DNA of 64,000 nucleotides from Promethearchaeota archaeon Loki_b32 (GCA_005223125.1 NJBH01000009.1:1-64000); one strand, 5' to 3'. Numbered from the stretch's first letter, positions 1-9,048 are shown. Made by a program: numbers and translations. The notes: generated by a model not told the origin, from the letters alone.

Positions 1-44
1 GTCATTTATAAATATAAAAATTATCTAAAGAATAATACAACAAA

Positions 45-129
45 TGCGGGAAGAGGGATTTGAACCCTCGAACTCCTCTGAGACTGGATTCTAAGTCCAG
101 CGCCGTAGACCAGACTTGGCAATTCCCGC
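45..129 (-). tRNA. tRNA-Leu (anticodon TAG)
   Basis: Reverse complement GCGGGAA...TTCCCGC-A acceptor stem; anticodon arm CTGGA-CT-TAG-AA-TCCAG; long variable arm; GGTTCAAATCC T-loop; CCA not encoded. Confidence 0.95.
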
Positions 130-299
130 ATTAAAATAACAAATATTGTAATTGTTTTAGTATTTAAAGTTGGAAAGACTATTGTTGCTTTAGACTGAAT
201 AAAAATTTTGATTTGATTTTAGGATTTCTTTAGTTTTTTACTTATAAGAATTGCTACAAGAGAGAGAAAACCAAATCTAAAAAAAAATAAAAAAAAAGA

Positions 300-542
300 T
301 TAAATAGGATTAGTGTCATGATCATCTGCAAAGAGAAATACCTCATCGATTTTAGAGTTTAATGCTTTTGAGATTTTATGAGCTAGAACAAGAGAAGGAT
401 TATATTTTCCTTTTTCAATATAAAGGATTGTTTCGCGCCGGGCATTAACCATTTTAGCTAAATCACTCTGAGTCAGATTATATCTAGCCCGTAATTCCTT
501 GATTCTGGTAGTAAACTCCTCTTCTTTAGTTTTCTTCGCCAT
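300..542 (-). CDS. XRE/Cro-family helix-turn-helix transcriptional regulator
   Basis: [41 protein letters not shown], typical HTH_3 (COG1476-like). Confidence 0.92.
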   Translation of the reverse strand: MAKKTKEEEFTTRIKELRARYNLTQSDLAKMVNARRETILYIEKGKYNPSLVLAHKISKALNSKIDEVFLFADDHDTNPI

Positions 543-859
543 TAATCTTGACCTTTGTTTTTTAATTGGAATTTTATGATTGCATTAGTAATTACGTAAA
601 TAACTCCCATTACTATTAGTCCGCAATAGATATACCAATTGAAGGTGAACTCTGAAATTGACGCTAATATTAAGATAATAATCCAGAAAAGCCAAGATCC
701 CCAAAACGAAATTTCGCTAGATTTACGCATCATCTCACGGGTCATTTCATCTCTTAGAAGTATCCCTTTTTTCTTTACATATCTGAACACAAATAGAAAA
801 ATCAAAATTTGTGCCAGAAATATTCCTAGAATCAACAGAAAGATTATTCCTATGTCCAT
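542..859 (-). CDS. small membrane protein (DUF2178-like), partner of the XRE regulator
   Basis: 3 hydrophobic helices with RDE motif after TM1; stop overlaps regulator start (TAATG); start placed at MDIGII (859) because the ORF-track extension runs over the operator repeats. Confidence 0.7.
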   Translation of the reverse strand: MDIGIIFLLILGIFLAQILIFLFVFRYVKKKGILLRDEMTREMMRKSSEISFWGSWLFWIIILILASISEFTFNWYIYCGLIVMGVIYVITNAIIKFQLKNKGQD

Positions 860-891
860 TTTTTCATCACGTGTTATATTTTTTTCGAATT

Positions 892-977
892 TGTTAGAAA
901 TAATTAACATATTATTAGAAATAATTAACATATATAAATGTTATGTTTTTATCACATTTTGTTAAATATTACTAACT
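892..977. promoter_or_regulatory. array of four imperfect palindromes TGTTA-N8-TAACA flanking a TATA box (putative XRE operator)
   Basis: Sites at 892-909, 913-930, 939-956, 960-977 (two pairs with 21-bp period); TTTATATA on minus strand at 931-938. Confidence 0.6.
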
Positions 978-1057
978 ATCTATTTAGAGTTATGTATTAT
1001 TAAAAGTTATTTTACTTATTCCCTTCAAATAGATGGGGCAAGAAATTAGGAAATTCT

Positions 1058-1147
1058 GGTTTTAACAATGCTGAATCCATCAAAGAAATTAGATGTAGGA
1101 TTCGCCGTTAAGAATGGACTCGAGTTTTTTTCAAGAAATTCGTTTTT
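1058..1147 (+). repeat. 90-bp exact direct repeat, copy 1
   Basis: GGTTTTAACAATGCTGAATCC...AAGAAATTCGTTTTT identical to 2952-3041. Confidence 0.92.
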
Positions 1148-1497
1148 GTCCTCGTTTTTTAGCCCTGAACAAAAATAGTTTGACAAAACTAAGAAATATA
1201 TCTCTGATTATTGGGAATTAATGCACTAGCATTAACTTGGATTATCTGTTAAATAGATCAAATAAAATTAAGCATCTTGATTAGAATGGAAAGGTAAATT
1301 CAGCGTCTGATTTCATTGAAAATTTCTTTGAAAAGGCTCTCTATTTTCGATATAACTAAAGATTATTATGCGAAAATTTCCGTTATGTAAAGAAGAACTT
1401 CACATACGAGGTTTTTTCGTTATTTCGAAAATTCAAGAGCAGATAGAAAGGTATAAAGGAGAAGAGCTTCGACTTGCATTTAAAATATGACCCATTT

Positions 1498-1532
1498 AAT
1501 TTCTTATGCTCTTCCGTTAAATCGGGGCTTAA
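1498..1532 (+). repeat. 35-bp copy of an internal segment of the downstream gene
   Basis: AATTTCTTATGCTCTTCCGTTAAATCGGGGCTTAA vs 1760-1794 (1 mismatch). Confidence 0.85.
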
Positions 1533-1613
1533 AGTTTATAATGGAGATAATCACTGGCGAATATTTTAATAAAACACTTCACTGTAACATTTAAACTAAT
1601 TAATTATAATGAG

Positions 1614-2714
1614 ATGATTAGGATTTCATTAAATGAAGAATTAAAGAAACTTCTCTTAGGAAAAGGAGCAATAAAAGTTGGATTTACTACTCTTGAAACC
1701 CTAGCGGGAGGTCCTCCGGGGTCAGACATAACTTATGTATTACCGGAAGCGCAATCCGCAATTTCTTATGCTCTTCCGTTAAATCGGGACTTAATACGCC
1801 CCTATTTAAAAAAAGAGCCTAATAGTAGAGTTAATCTCGAAAATGATAGATTTAACGTTACAATGAAAGCGTGGGATATCTCTAAAGAAGTTGCAGAGTT
1901 ATTAAGAAAAAAGGGATTTAAAGCGTTTGCAGTCATGTCTAATTTTAAATATCGAAAAGATTCGGAAGACTGGAATTATGAGTTGACTCCAGATATTTCT
2001 CTTAGATATTTAGCACTAAGAGGAGGTGTTGGTTCGTTCGGTTGGAGTGGTAATTTAGGACTTAAAGGTTATGGGCCACTCTTTACCTTAGGAGGAATTG
2101 TCACATCTGCAATGTTAGAACCAACCGATCCTATCCCTGAATCTGAGTCATTCTGCAATAAGTGTAAAGTATGCGTTAAAGTATGTGCATTTAGAATGTT
2201 CGACGAGGAAGAAGAAGTTACGATAAAAATTGGAGGACAAGAATATACACATGCTAAACGAATTGATAAAGGACGATGTCATATGGTGTGTGGGGGATAT
2301 TCGGGGTTAGATATCACGGGAAAATGGTCTACCTGGAGTGCGGGGCGCTATGAGCAACCGAAAACAAAACATGAGGCGATAGTATCGTTGATTCGGGCAC
2401 AAAAAAACTGGTTTAAACTACCTAAGAGAGAGGATGCCAAATTTTACGACTATAAGGACATCGAAGAACTTCAAAATGTCCCCTTCATAGGAAATAAAAC
2501 CGTAAAATTAGGAAATTATTTGCTATTTACCTGTGGACACTGTCAGATTGTATGTTGGGGCGATCCAAAGGAGACTAACGAAAATTACCGCTTGCTTAAA
2601 AATTCTGGCTGCGTAGTTCAGAAGGAAGATGGATCAATCGTGGTTCTTCCCCCCGTAGAAGCAAAAAAAGCTTTTGATAATTTGGATCCTGAACATAAAA
2701 AATTGTATCATTAA
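1614..2714 (+). CDS. epoxyqueuosine reductase (QueG)/reductive dehalogenase-like cobalamin and 4Fe-4S protein
   Basis: GAIKVGF, SLRYLALRGGVGSFGWSG, CxxCxxCxxxC (CNKCKVCVKVC) and TCGHCQIVC motifs. Confidence 0.8.
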   Translation: MIRISLNEELKKLLLGKGAIKVGFTTLETLAGGPPGSDITYVLPEAQSAISYALPLNRDLIRPYLKKEPNSRVNLENDRFNVTMKAWDISKEVAELLRKKGFKAFAVMSNFKYRKDSEDWNYELTPDISLRYLALRGGVGSFGWSGNLGLKGYGPLFTLGGIVTSAMLEPTDPIPESESFCNKCKVCVKVCAFRMFDEEEEVTIKIGGQEYTHAKRIDKGRCHMVCGGYSGLDITGKWSTWSAGRYEQPKTKHEAIVSLIRAQKNWFKLPKREDAKFYDYKDIEELQNVPFIGNKTVKLGNYLLFTCGHCQIVCWGDPKETNENYRLLKNSGCVVQKEDGSIVVLPPVEAKKAFDNLDPEHKKLYH

Positions 2715-2727
2715 AGTTTAATTTAAA

Positions 2728-3069
2728 TTGATTAAAATGACAGAGAAAGAAATTTTTAAAGGTAAGATTGGTTTTGAAGGACTTAGAACAAGAATCGAAG
2801 CATTTCATGATTTAATGGTTGGCAACAAGAAATCTAATCCATTGTTTAGAGATGCCAAGTATGTGGTCCCGGATGAAATAAAAAATATATATTTTAAGCC
2901 GAAATCCAATTTTGAATATTTCGTGTCTAGTATTGAAACACCAATGTCAAAGGTTTTAACAATGCTGAATCCATCAAAGAAATTAGATGTAGGATTCGCC
3001 GTTAAGAATGGACTCGAGTTTTTTTCAAGAAATTCGTTTTTTGGTATCGGATCTCTTTTTAACCTTTGA
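2728..3069 (+). pseudogene. chimeric remnant containing the C-terminus of a reductase-domain (PlsR/DUF2229-like) paralog
   Basis: GFEGLRTRIEAFHDLM matches SYEGMRTRLEAFVDLI near the C-terminus of 3362-4552; roughly the first 340 aa are absent. Confidence 0.65.
2952..3041 (+). repeat. 90-bp exact direct repeat, copy 2
   Basis: Identical to 1058-1147. Confidence 0.92.
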
Positions 3070-3083
3070 GAGGCTATTTTGTT

Positions 3084-3176
3084 ATGAAAGTTTCTTTTCC
3101 AAATATGGGCAATTCGTGGCCGGCGTTCAAGACTTTCTTCGAGTGTATGGGTGTCGAGGTGTGTTTAACTCTCTGA
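3084..3176 (+). pseudogene. 30-codon N-terminal fragment paralogous to 3362-4552
   Basis: MKVSFPNMGNSWPAFKTFFECMGVEVCLTL* vs MILSFPNMGPNWVAFKTLFEAL; preceded by GAGAGG SD-like motif. Confidence 0.8.
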
Positions 3177-3361
3177 AAATTATTAACCAAAACTAAGATT
3201 TTTAATAAGGACAATCATACTTTTGATAATCTGTTCATAATGGGTAATTTTTTATTGTTTGCTTTGTTATTTAAACAAAAGTTTATTTAAGTAAACGTCG
3301 ATTATAATCATTCTATAAATTTACAATAAACATTAATTAGATTTGAGGAGTTCAAGGATAC

Positions 3362-4552
3362 ATGATTCTCTCATTCCCGAACATGGGTCCCAACTGGGTA
3401 GCGTTCAAGACACTTTTCGAAGCTTTAGATCCGTCAATAAAAGTAATCTTACCCGACCCCACTAATAGGGAAGCCATTAAAGTCGGTGTAAAATACAGTC
3501 CGGAGTTTGTATGTTTTCCTTTTAAGGCAACATTAGGAGATTTTGTCAATGTTATCAAAAAGGGGGCCGATACTTTAGTAATGGCTATAGATTGCGGACC
3601 TTGTCGTTTTGGTTTTTATCATGCCGTCCAAGAGCGCCTATTACATGATATGGGTTATAAAAATGTAAGATTAATTCCATTAGATCAAGCAGATTTACTA
3701 GAATTTCATTGGGTAAAAACTCTTCAAGAAGTAAGTGGTAAAAGTGGTTTATTTTCATATCCTAAATTTGTAAAGGCAGTGATTTTTTTCTTGAAAAAAG
3801 CGAAGCTTTTGCAGGACATTCAGACTGCGGAAGGGTTGTTCCGTGCATATGAACGAAATCAGGGGGATACTACTGACGTTTTGAATAATATATTAATTAA
3901 ACTTGATCAAACTAATACTCTAAAGGAACTACGAAATTTTAAAAAAGTAATCAAGGAAGATTTTAATAAAATTGATGTTGATAAAACACGAACTCCTTTA
4001 CGGGTAGCCATATTTGGTGAGATTCATATAAGTTTAGAGCCATATGTTAATGTGGATATTAGACGTAAGCTTGGTGAAATGGGAGTGGAGATACATCAAA
4101 ATCTAAGTTTATGGGATTGGGTTTCCCATAAATTCCATTTAAATTTTCATCGAAGATGGCTAGAACACTTATCTCACCCATATGTTCCCATGGATATTGG
4201 AGGGGAATGCCAATGGGTTTTAGGAGAATACATTGATAGAGCTAAAAGTGGCTTCTCAGGTGCATGTCATGTGTACCCCTTTACCTGCATGCCCGAAGTG
4301 ACCGCAAGGACTATTATAACTAATAAATTAAAGAAAATGTATGATCTCCCTATAATATTCTTTTCCTTTGATGAAAATTATTCATATGAAGGAATGAGGA
4401 CAAGATTAGAAGCGTTTGTAGACCTAATAGAATCAAGACGTAAACATAAATTAGGAATAGAACGAATTTCCTATGAAGAGGAAAAGAATAATTTCTATAA
4501 ATCTAATGGTTCACATTTTTTTCAGGAATGTATTCAATTAATTCAGACATAA
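3362..4552 (+). CDS. 2-hydroxyacyl-CoA dehydratase-related Fe-S reductase domain protein (PlsR/COG3581-like)
   Basis: SPEFVCFPFK, GPCRFGFY, GEIH, GGEC, PFTCMPE, FDE..EGMRTRLEAF motifs. Confidence 0.8.
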   Translation: MILSFPNMGPNWVAFKTLFEALDPSIKVILPDPTNREAIKVGVKYSPEFVCFPFKATLGDFVNVIKKGADTLVMAIDCGPCRFGFYHAVQERLLHDMGYKNVRLIPLDQADLLEFHWVKTLQEVSGKSGLFSYPKFVKAVIFFLKKAKLLQDIQTAEGLFRAYERNQGDTTDVLNNILIKLDQTNTLKELRNFKKVIKEDFNKIDVDKTRTPLRVAIFGEIHISLEPYVNVDIRRKLGEMGVEIHQNLSLWDWVSHKFHLNFHRRWLEHLSHPYVPMDIGGECQWVLGEYIDRAKSGFSGACHVYPFTCMPEVTARTIITNKLKKMYDLPIIFFSFDENYSYEGMRTRLEAFVDLIESRRKHKLGIERISYEEEKNNFYKSNGSHFFQECIQLIQT

Positions 4553-4561
4553 GAGTGGTGC

Positions 4562-5590
4562 ATGAAAATAGTACAAGTTTCAGATAAAGTTGTTAAAGAA
4601 GATGGAAAGCTTGATGCTTTTCTTGGAATTGATATAGGAAGTGTTACATGTAAATTTGTGTTGATGGATATGGATGGTAATGTCCTTGAGAGTGTATTTT
4701 TACGTAACAGAGGATCTCCTATTGAGTCTGCTAAAGCGGGTATGGAAGATTTACGATTAAAAATAGAACAAAATGAACAAATCCAAGAATACGCAATACG
4801 TTGTTGTGGAACTACAGGCTCAGCGAGGTATTTAACAAAAGCTATTGTTGGTGGAGATCTTGCTAAAACAGAAATTATTGCACATGCAGTCGCAACTCAA
4901 TCTCTATATCCAGATGTAAGCACAATTTTAGAGATTGGAGGACAAGATTCGAAAATCATCATTTTGCGGGATGGGATAATTGTAGACTTTGCGATGAATT
5001 CTGTATGTGCTGCAGGTACTGGTTCTTTTCTTGATCATCAAGCTTCAAGGCTTGGAATTCCAATTGAGCAATTTGGAGATTATGCCATAAGATCGAAAAA
5101 TCCAGTGAGCATTGCAGGAAGATGTACCGTATTTGCAGAATCAGATATGATCCACAAGCAAAATGCTGGATATACTAAAGAAGATATAATTGCAGGTTTG
5201 TGCGACTCATTAGTTAGAAATTATATGAATAATTTGTCAAAAGGAAAAGAATTAGCAGAGCCTATAGTTTTTCAAGGAGGTGTATCCTATAATAAAGGGA
5301 TTATAGAAGCCTTTGAAAGACACTTGGGCTGTGAAGTAATCGTACCTAAATATAATGTTTTAATGGGAGCCTTAGGAATGGCAATACTCGTCAGAGATTA
5401 TTATTTAGACCACGCAACCGAAACGTTGTTCCGAGGTCTCGATGTAGGTGATATTGAATTCAAAACATCGACATTCCACTGTGGAGATTGTCCAAATAAT
5501 TGTGAAATTGTTCAAGTTAAAATGCCCCAAGACGAAAATAAGGTAATAGCTCGTTGGGGGAGTAGATGTGGAAAATGGGAGGTATTTTAA
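4562..5590 (+). CDS. CoA-substrate-specific enzyme activase (HgdC/BadFG ASKHA ATPase, 4Fe-4S)
   Basis: LGIDIGSVTCK, TTGS, EIGGQDSK, MNSVCAAGTGSFL, GRCTVFAESD, FQGGV; C-terminal CGDCPNNC...RCGKW. Confidence 0.93.
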   Translation: MKIVQVSDKVVKEDGKLDAFLGIDIGSVTCKFVLMDMDGNVLESVFLRNRGSPIESAKAGMEDLRLKIEQNEQIQEYAIRCCGTTGSARYLTKAIVGGDLAKTEIIAHAVATQSLYPDVSTILEIGGQDSKIIILRDGIIVDFAMNSVCAAGTGSFLDHQASRLGIPIEQFGDYAIRSKNPVSIAGRCTVFAESDMIHKQNAGYTKEDIIAGLCDSLVRNYMNNLSKGKELAEPIVFQGGVSYNKGIIEAFERHLGCEVIVPKYNVLMGALGMAILVRDYYLDHATETLFRGLDVGDIEFKTSTFHCGDCPNNCEIVQVKMPQDENKVIARWGSRCGKWEVF

Positions 5591-5594
5591 GAAT

Positions 5595-5789
5595 ATGGCA
5601 GAATTTATCAAACAAATGAAAGAGTTGGGTGAAGAGTTCCTTGAAACCCTTAAACATAAGACGAAATTAAGCACAATTTTCGACCTTTATACAGAAAAGG
5701 TAATCCCCACCTTTGTTTCAGAAAAAGATTTAAAAGAATATTATGAAAAAAGAATGGAAGAATTTAATAATTTTATAGATAAATTATAA
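5595..5789 (+). CDS. small helical hypothetical protein in operon
   Basis: ATG 4 nt after activase stop, GGAGGT upstream; 64 aa. Confidence 0.6.
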   Translation: MAEFIKQMKELGEEFLETLKHKTKLSTIFDLYTEKVIPTFVSEKDLKEYYEKRMEEFNNFIDKL

Positions 5790-5805
5790 TAAGAGGTAAT
5801 AAAAT

Positions 5806-6489
5806 ATGAGTGAAAGTACAAATCCAGAGATAAAGGAAGAAGGAGATAAATTAAATCCAAAATTACTCGCTTTTGATATGCTTTATGGTGCGGTAAAAGG
5901 ATTAAGTGGGTTATTCTTTAAGACTTTCATGGATTTAAAAATTGAAGGAAAGGACAACATTCCAATAAGAGGTAAAGCAATTTTAACAACCATTACACCA
6001 AACATTATTCGTGATATGCTAATAATAAGTCAGGTATCAGGGAGAAAAATTCATTTTATGCTTGATCCAAAGTTAATGAAGCATCAAATTGCAGGTCCCG
6101 TTTTGAAAAGTCTTGGAATGATTCGAGGAACTGAAAGTAAAGAAGACACTGAACCTATCGAAAAAATCTTTGAAATTTTAAATGAGAAAGGTGATCTTGT
6201 AGGAATGACACCTGAATCAAGGCATGATCGTGAAGTACAGATAAAATCCATGGCAGCAATAATAAAATTCGCAATTGTGGGGGAAGCGCCTATTATTCCA
6301 ATAGCGATTTTTACAGAAAAAGCGAAGATATTAAATATGTTTGACGGTGATGCCATAAAAGTAAAGATTGGAACACCTTTGCAAATCGAAAAAAGATTAA
6401 ATCGAGAGAAACATAGAGCTGAGCGCTATGAACTCGCCGAAGACATAATTAATATTATCGATTCCCTTAAAGAAACACCTGAAATTTAA
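5806..6489 (+). CDS. PlsC/lysophospholipid acyltransferase-fold protein lacking the catalytic His
   Basis: KIEGKDNIP..GKAIL, RKIHFM, GMTPES, APIIPIAI, VKIGTP blocks; NHxxxxD replaced by TITPNIIRD. Confidence 0.75.
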   Translation: MSESTNPEIKEEGDKLNPKLLAFDMLYGAVKGLSGLFFKTFMDLKIEGKDNIPIRGKAILTTITPNIIRDMLIISQVSGRKIHFMLDPKLMKHQIAGPVLKSLGMIRGTESKEDTEPIEKIFEILNEKGDLVGMTPESRHDREVQIKSMAAIIKFAIVGEAPIIPIAIFTEKAKILNMFDGDAIKVKIGTPLQIEKRLNREKHRAERYELAEDIINIIDSLKETPEI

Positions 6490-6549
6490 GAAAATTAATA
6501 ATAATACATAATTTTAGATTCTATTTTTTACTTTAATTTTAGCTATTTT

Positions 6550-7242
6550 TTACCAAATTCCTGGAAGTAATTTATAACGTGTTTTTTGAGCGTACTCTTT
6601 ATATCCTTCAAGTTGTTCATGTAAAATTTTATCTTCATAGGAAGTTCGGATAACAATAGTTATAATAACACCAGTACACGGTATCAAGGTGTAATGTGAA
6701 CCAAGTGCAAGGCAATGACATATATATAATACAATAACAGTGACATACATAGGATGACGAACGATTTTGTATGGTCCTGTTGTTATAACCCTGTGTCCTC
6801 GTTCTTCTTGAATCTCAACAACTCTTGAGAGATATGTATTTTCTCTATTAACCAAGAAAAATAAAATTAATGAGAGTCCCATTCCAATGAATCCAATGAA
6901 GTTAATTATAATAGAAACATGAGACCATTGGAACCTCACAGCATCAAAACCTGGAAGGATATACATTGCTATAATAAAAATTCCAGCAATAGCTCCAAGT
7001 TTTTTATCCCAACTTTCTATAGCTTTCGTTTTAGCCCTAGCTTTTAGCAATTCAGGATCCTTTTTCTTTAGATATGTCATAAATGTTATAGAGAAAGTGA
7101 TCATAAAAATTATGTAAATCCATCCTTGAAGCCAAAAAATGGTCCAAGCAGGTAAAAATAATGATAAAGCTATAATAATATACCTTAAAATAAATTTTAT
7201 AACCGGATTAGGATCAGATTTCCTTTTAGACATAAATTTCAC
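6550..7242 (-). CDS. isoprenylcysteine carboxyl methyltransferase (Ste14/PEMT) family membrane protein
   Basis: HRVITTGPYKIVRHPMY, ED..L, GYKEY..KTRYKLLPGIW. Confidence 0.9.
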   Translation of the reverse strand: MKFMSKRKSDPNPVIKFILRYIIIALSLFLPAWTIFWLQGWIYIIFMITFSITFMTYLKKKDPELLKARAKTKAIESWDKKLGAIAGIFIIAMYILPGFDAVRFQWSHVSIIINFIGFIGMGLSLILFFLVNRENTYLSRVVEIQEERGHRVITTGPYKIVRHPMYVTVIVLYICHCLALGSHYTLIPCTGVIITIVIRTSYEDKILHEQLEGYKEYAQKTRYKLLPGIW

Positions 7243-7587
7243 ATCATTATTTAGTCATGCCTAATAATCTAAGATGATTTTTAAGTTTGTTGATCAAATA
7301 TATTAAATTCTTGAATTTAAAATGATTAATTAAACAATTTTTTGATTGTTTTAAGCGTTTTAAGGTTATGTAATTGACTGAAAGATTTATTGAATATTTA
7401 TTCATTTTAGAAAAATATATATTAATATGCTAAATGTTATATCACTGATTCCTATTTGACGAAAATTATGAGCATAAAATCTTAGAAATGAGAGCTTTAG
7501 AGAGGATTACGTTAATTATACGCAAAAATTTAAAGAATTACCAACTTAGAGTGATGAGAAATTACCGAAAATAAGAAAGAAGAATCT

Positions 7588-9048
7588 TTGCTCAAATTTC
7601 TTTTAAGAGCAGTAGAACAAGCTTCTGAAGGAATTGCTATCGCTGATTTAAATGGAACTCTTAAATATTTAAATAAAGCATTTGCATCCAAGCATGGATA
7701 TAAACAAGAAAATTTGCTTGGTAAGAACTTATCGATATTCCACACTCAAGAACAAATGAAAAGTGTTGAAAAATCGAACCAAATAATTCAAACGGATGGG
7801 GAATTCTATGGAGAAATTTGGCATAAACGTAAGGATGGTACTATTTTCCCTACTTTAATGCATAATTCATTAATCCTAGATGATAATGGCAATAAAATGG
7901 GAATGATAGGTACATTCGTAGATATTACTGAACAAAAGAAACTAGGACAAAAATTAAGGGAATCTGAAGAATTGTTCCGTTCCGTTTTTGAAACTGCTGA
8001 GGACTGTATTTTTATTAAGAATCGATCCTTACAATACATACAGGTAAATAAAGCAATGGAAAAATTGTTTGATATGCCTGCTACTGAATTATTGGATAAA
8101 TCAGATGTAGACTTATTCGGAGAAGAAGCAGGAAAACATGTTATTGAAGTTGATGAGCGCGTTATTCAGGGTGAAATTATTGACGAAGAGTATACCAAAC
8201 CAATTCAAGGTGTCACCCATACATTCCATACAATAAAGATTCCACTTAAAGATTCGAAAGGCATCATTTATGGATTATGTGGTATTGCTAGAGATATTAC
8301 TGAACTAAAGAAAGCAGAGCAAAAATTAAAAGAATCAGAACAAAATTTTCGAAAGGCGTATCATCAGGTCAATTTTTATAAAGATCTTTTCACACATGAT
8401 ATAAATAACGTACTAAATAACATTTCAATTGCTATGAAACTTTGTACTGAAAAATTAGATAATCATGAAAAAATTAGTGATTACTTAAATTTAGCCAATG
8501 AAAGTATTAACAGAGGAAAAACTTTAGTTTCTAATGTCAGAAAGTTATCGCAATTAGAGGATGGTGAAGTCTTGCTAGAACCAATGGAACCACTTGGTGT
8601 GCTAAAGGAAACAATAGAATTCGTAAAGAAAAGTTTTCAAACCAAAGAAATTAATATAGATGTTGATCTAAAAAATACTCCAGTTATGATTTATGGTAAT
8701 GAATTATTATCTGATATATTTGAAAACATCCTAATTAATGCTATAAATCATAATATGAACCCTATTATTGATATTATAATTCGGGTTTCTAAAAGGAAAA
8801 GGAAGACGGTCAATTTTATTAAATTTGAATTTGCGGATAATGGAATTGGAATAACAGATGAGAGGAAGAAAGAAATTTTTGAAGGTGAATATAGAAGAGA
8901 TAGAGAAACAAAAGGTATGGGCTTTGGTTTATCATTAGTTAAAAAGATAATCACTTCTTATAATGGATTTATACGGGTTGAAAATAGAATCAAAGGAGAT
9001 TATTCTCAAGGTAGTAATTTTATTATTTTAATTCCAGAAGCAAAATGA
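7588..9048 (+). CDS. PAS-PAS sensor histidine kinase
   Basis: Two PAS domains ending DITE; H-box FTHDINN; N-box ENILINA; DNGIGI and GMGFGL. Confidence 0.93.
   Translation: MLKFLLRAVEQASEGIAIADLNGTLKYLNKAFASKHGYKQENLLGKNLSIFHTQEQMKSVEKSNQIIQTDGEFYGEIWHKRKDGTIFPTLMHNSLILDDNGNKMGMIGTFVDITEQKKLGQKLRESEELFRSVFETAEDCIFIKNRSLQYIQVNKAMEKLFDMPATELLDKSDVDLFGEEAGKHVIEVDERVIQGEIIDEEYTKPIQGVTHTFHTIKIPLKDSKGIIYGLCGIARDITELKKAEQKLKESEQNFRKAYHQVNFYKDLFTHDINNVLNNISIAMKLCTEKLDNHEKISDYLNLANESINRGKTLVSNVRKLSQLEDGEVLLEPMEPLGVLKETIEFVKKSFQTKEINIDVDLKNTPVMIYGNELLSDIFENILINAINHNMNPIIDIIIRVSKRKRKTVNFIKFEFADNGIGITDERKKEIFEGEYRRDRETKGMGFGLSLVKKIITSYNGFIRVENRIKGDYSQGSNFIILIPEAK

Noticed and set aside
860-931. N-terminal MLIISNN tandem peptide repeat in ORF 542-931
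   Set aside because: Arises from the 21-bp-period operator repeats; real start is more likely 859
1058-3041. Diversity-generating retroelement TR/VR pair or tRNA att site
   Set aside because: Copies are identical (or 1 mismatch) without an adenine-specific pattern, there is no reverse transcriptase, the repeats do not match the tRNA, and the tRNA 3' end points out of the window
3084-3290. Selenocysteine read-through of TGA at 3174-3176
   Set aside because: Sequence after TGA shows no similarity to the paralog and the position is not a conserved Cys
7921-8340. Repeat GATATTACTGAAC...AAAATTAA within the kinase gene
   Set aside because: Explained by duplicated PAS-linker coding sequence (DITE..K..QKL.ESE)
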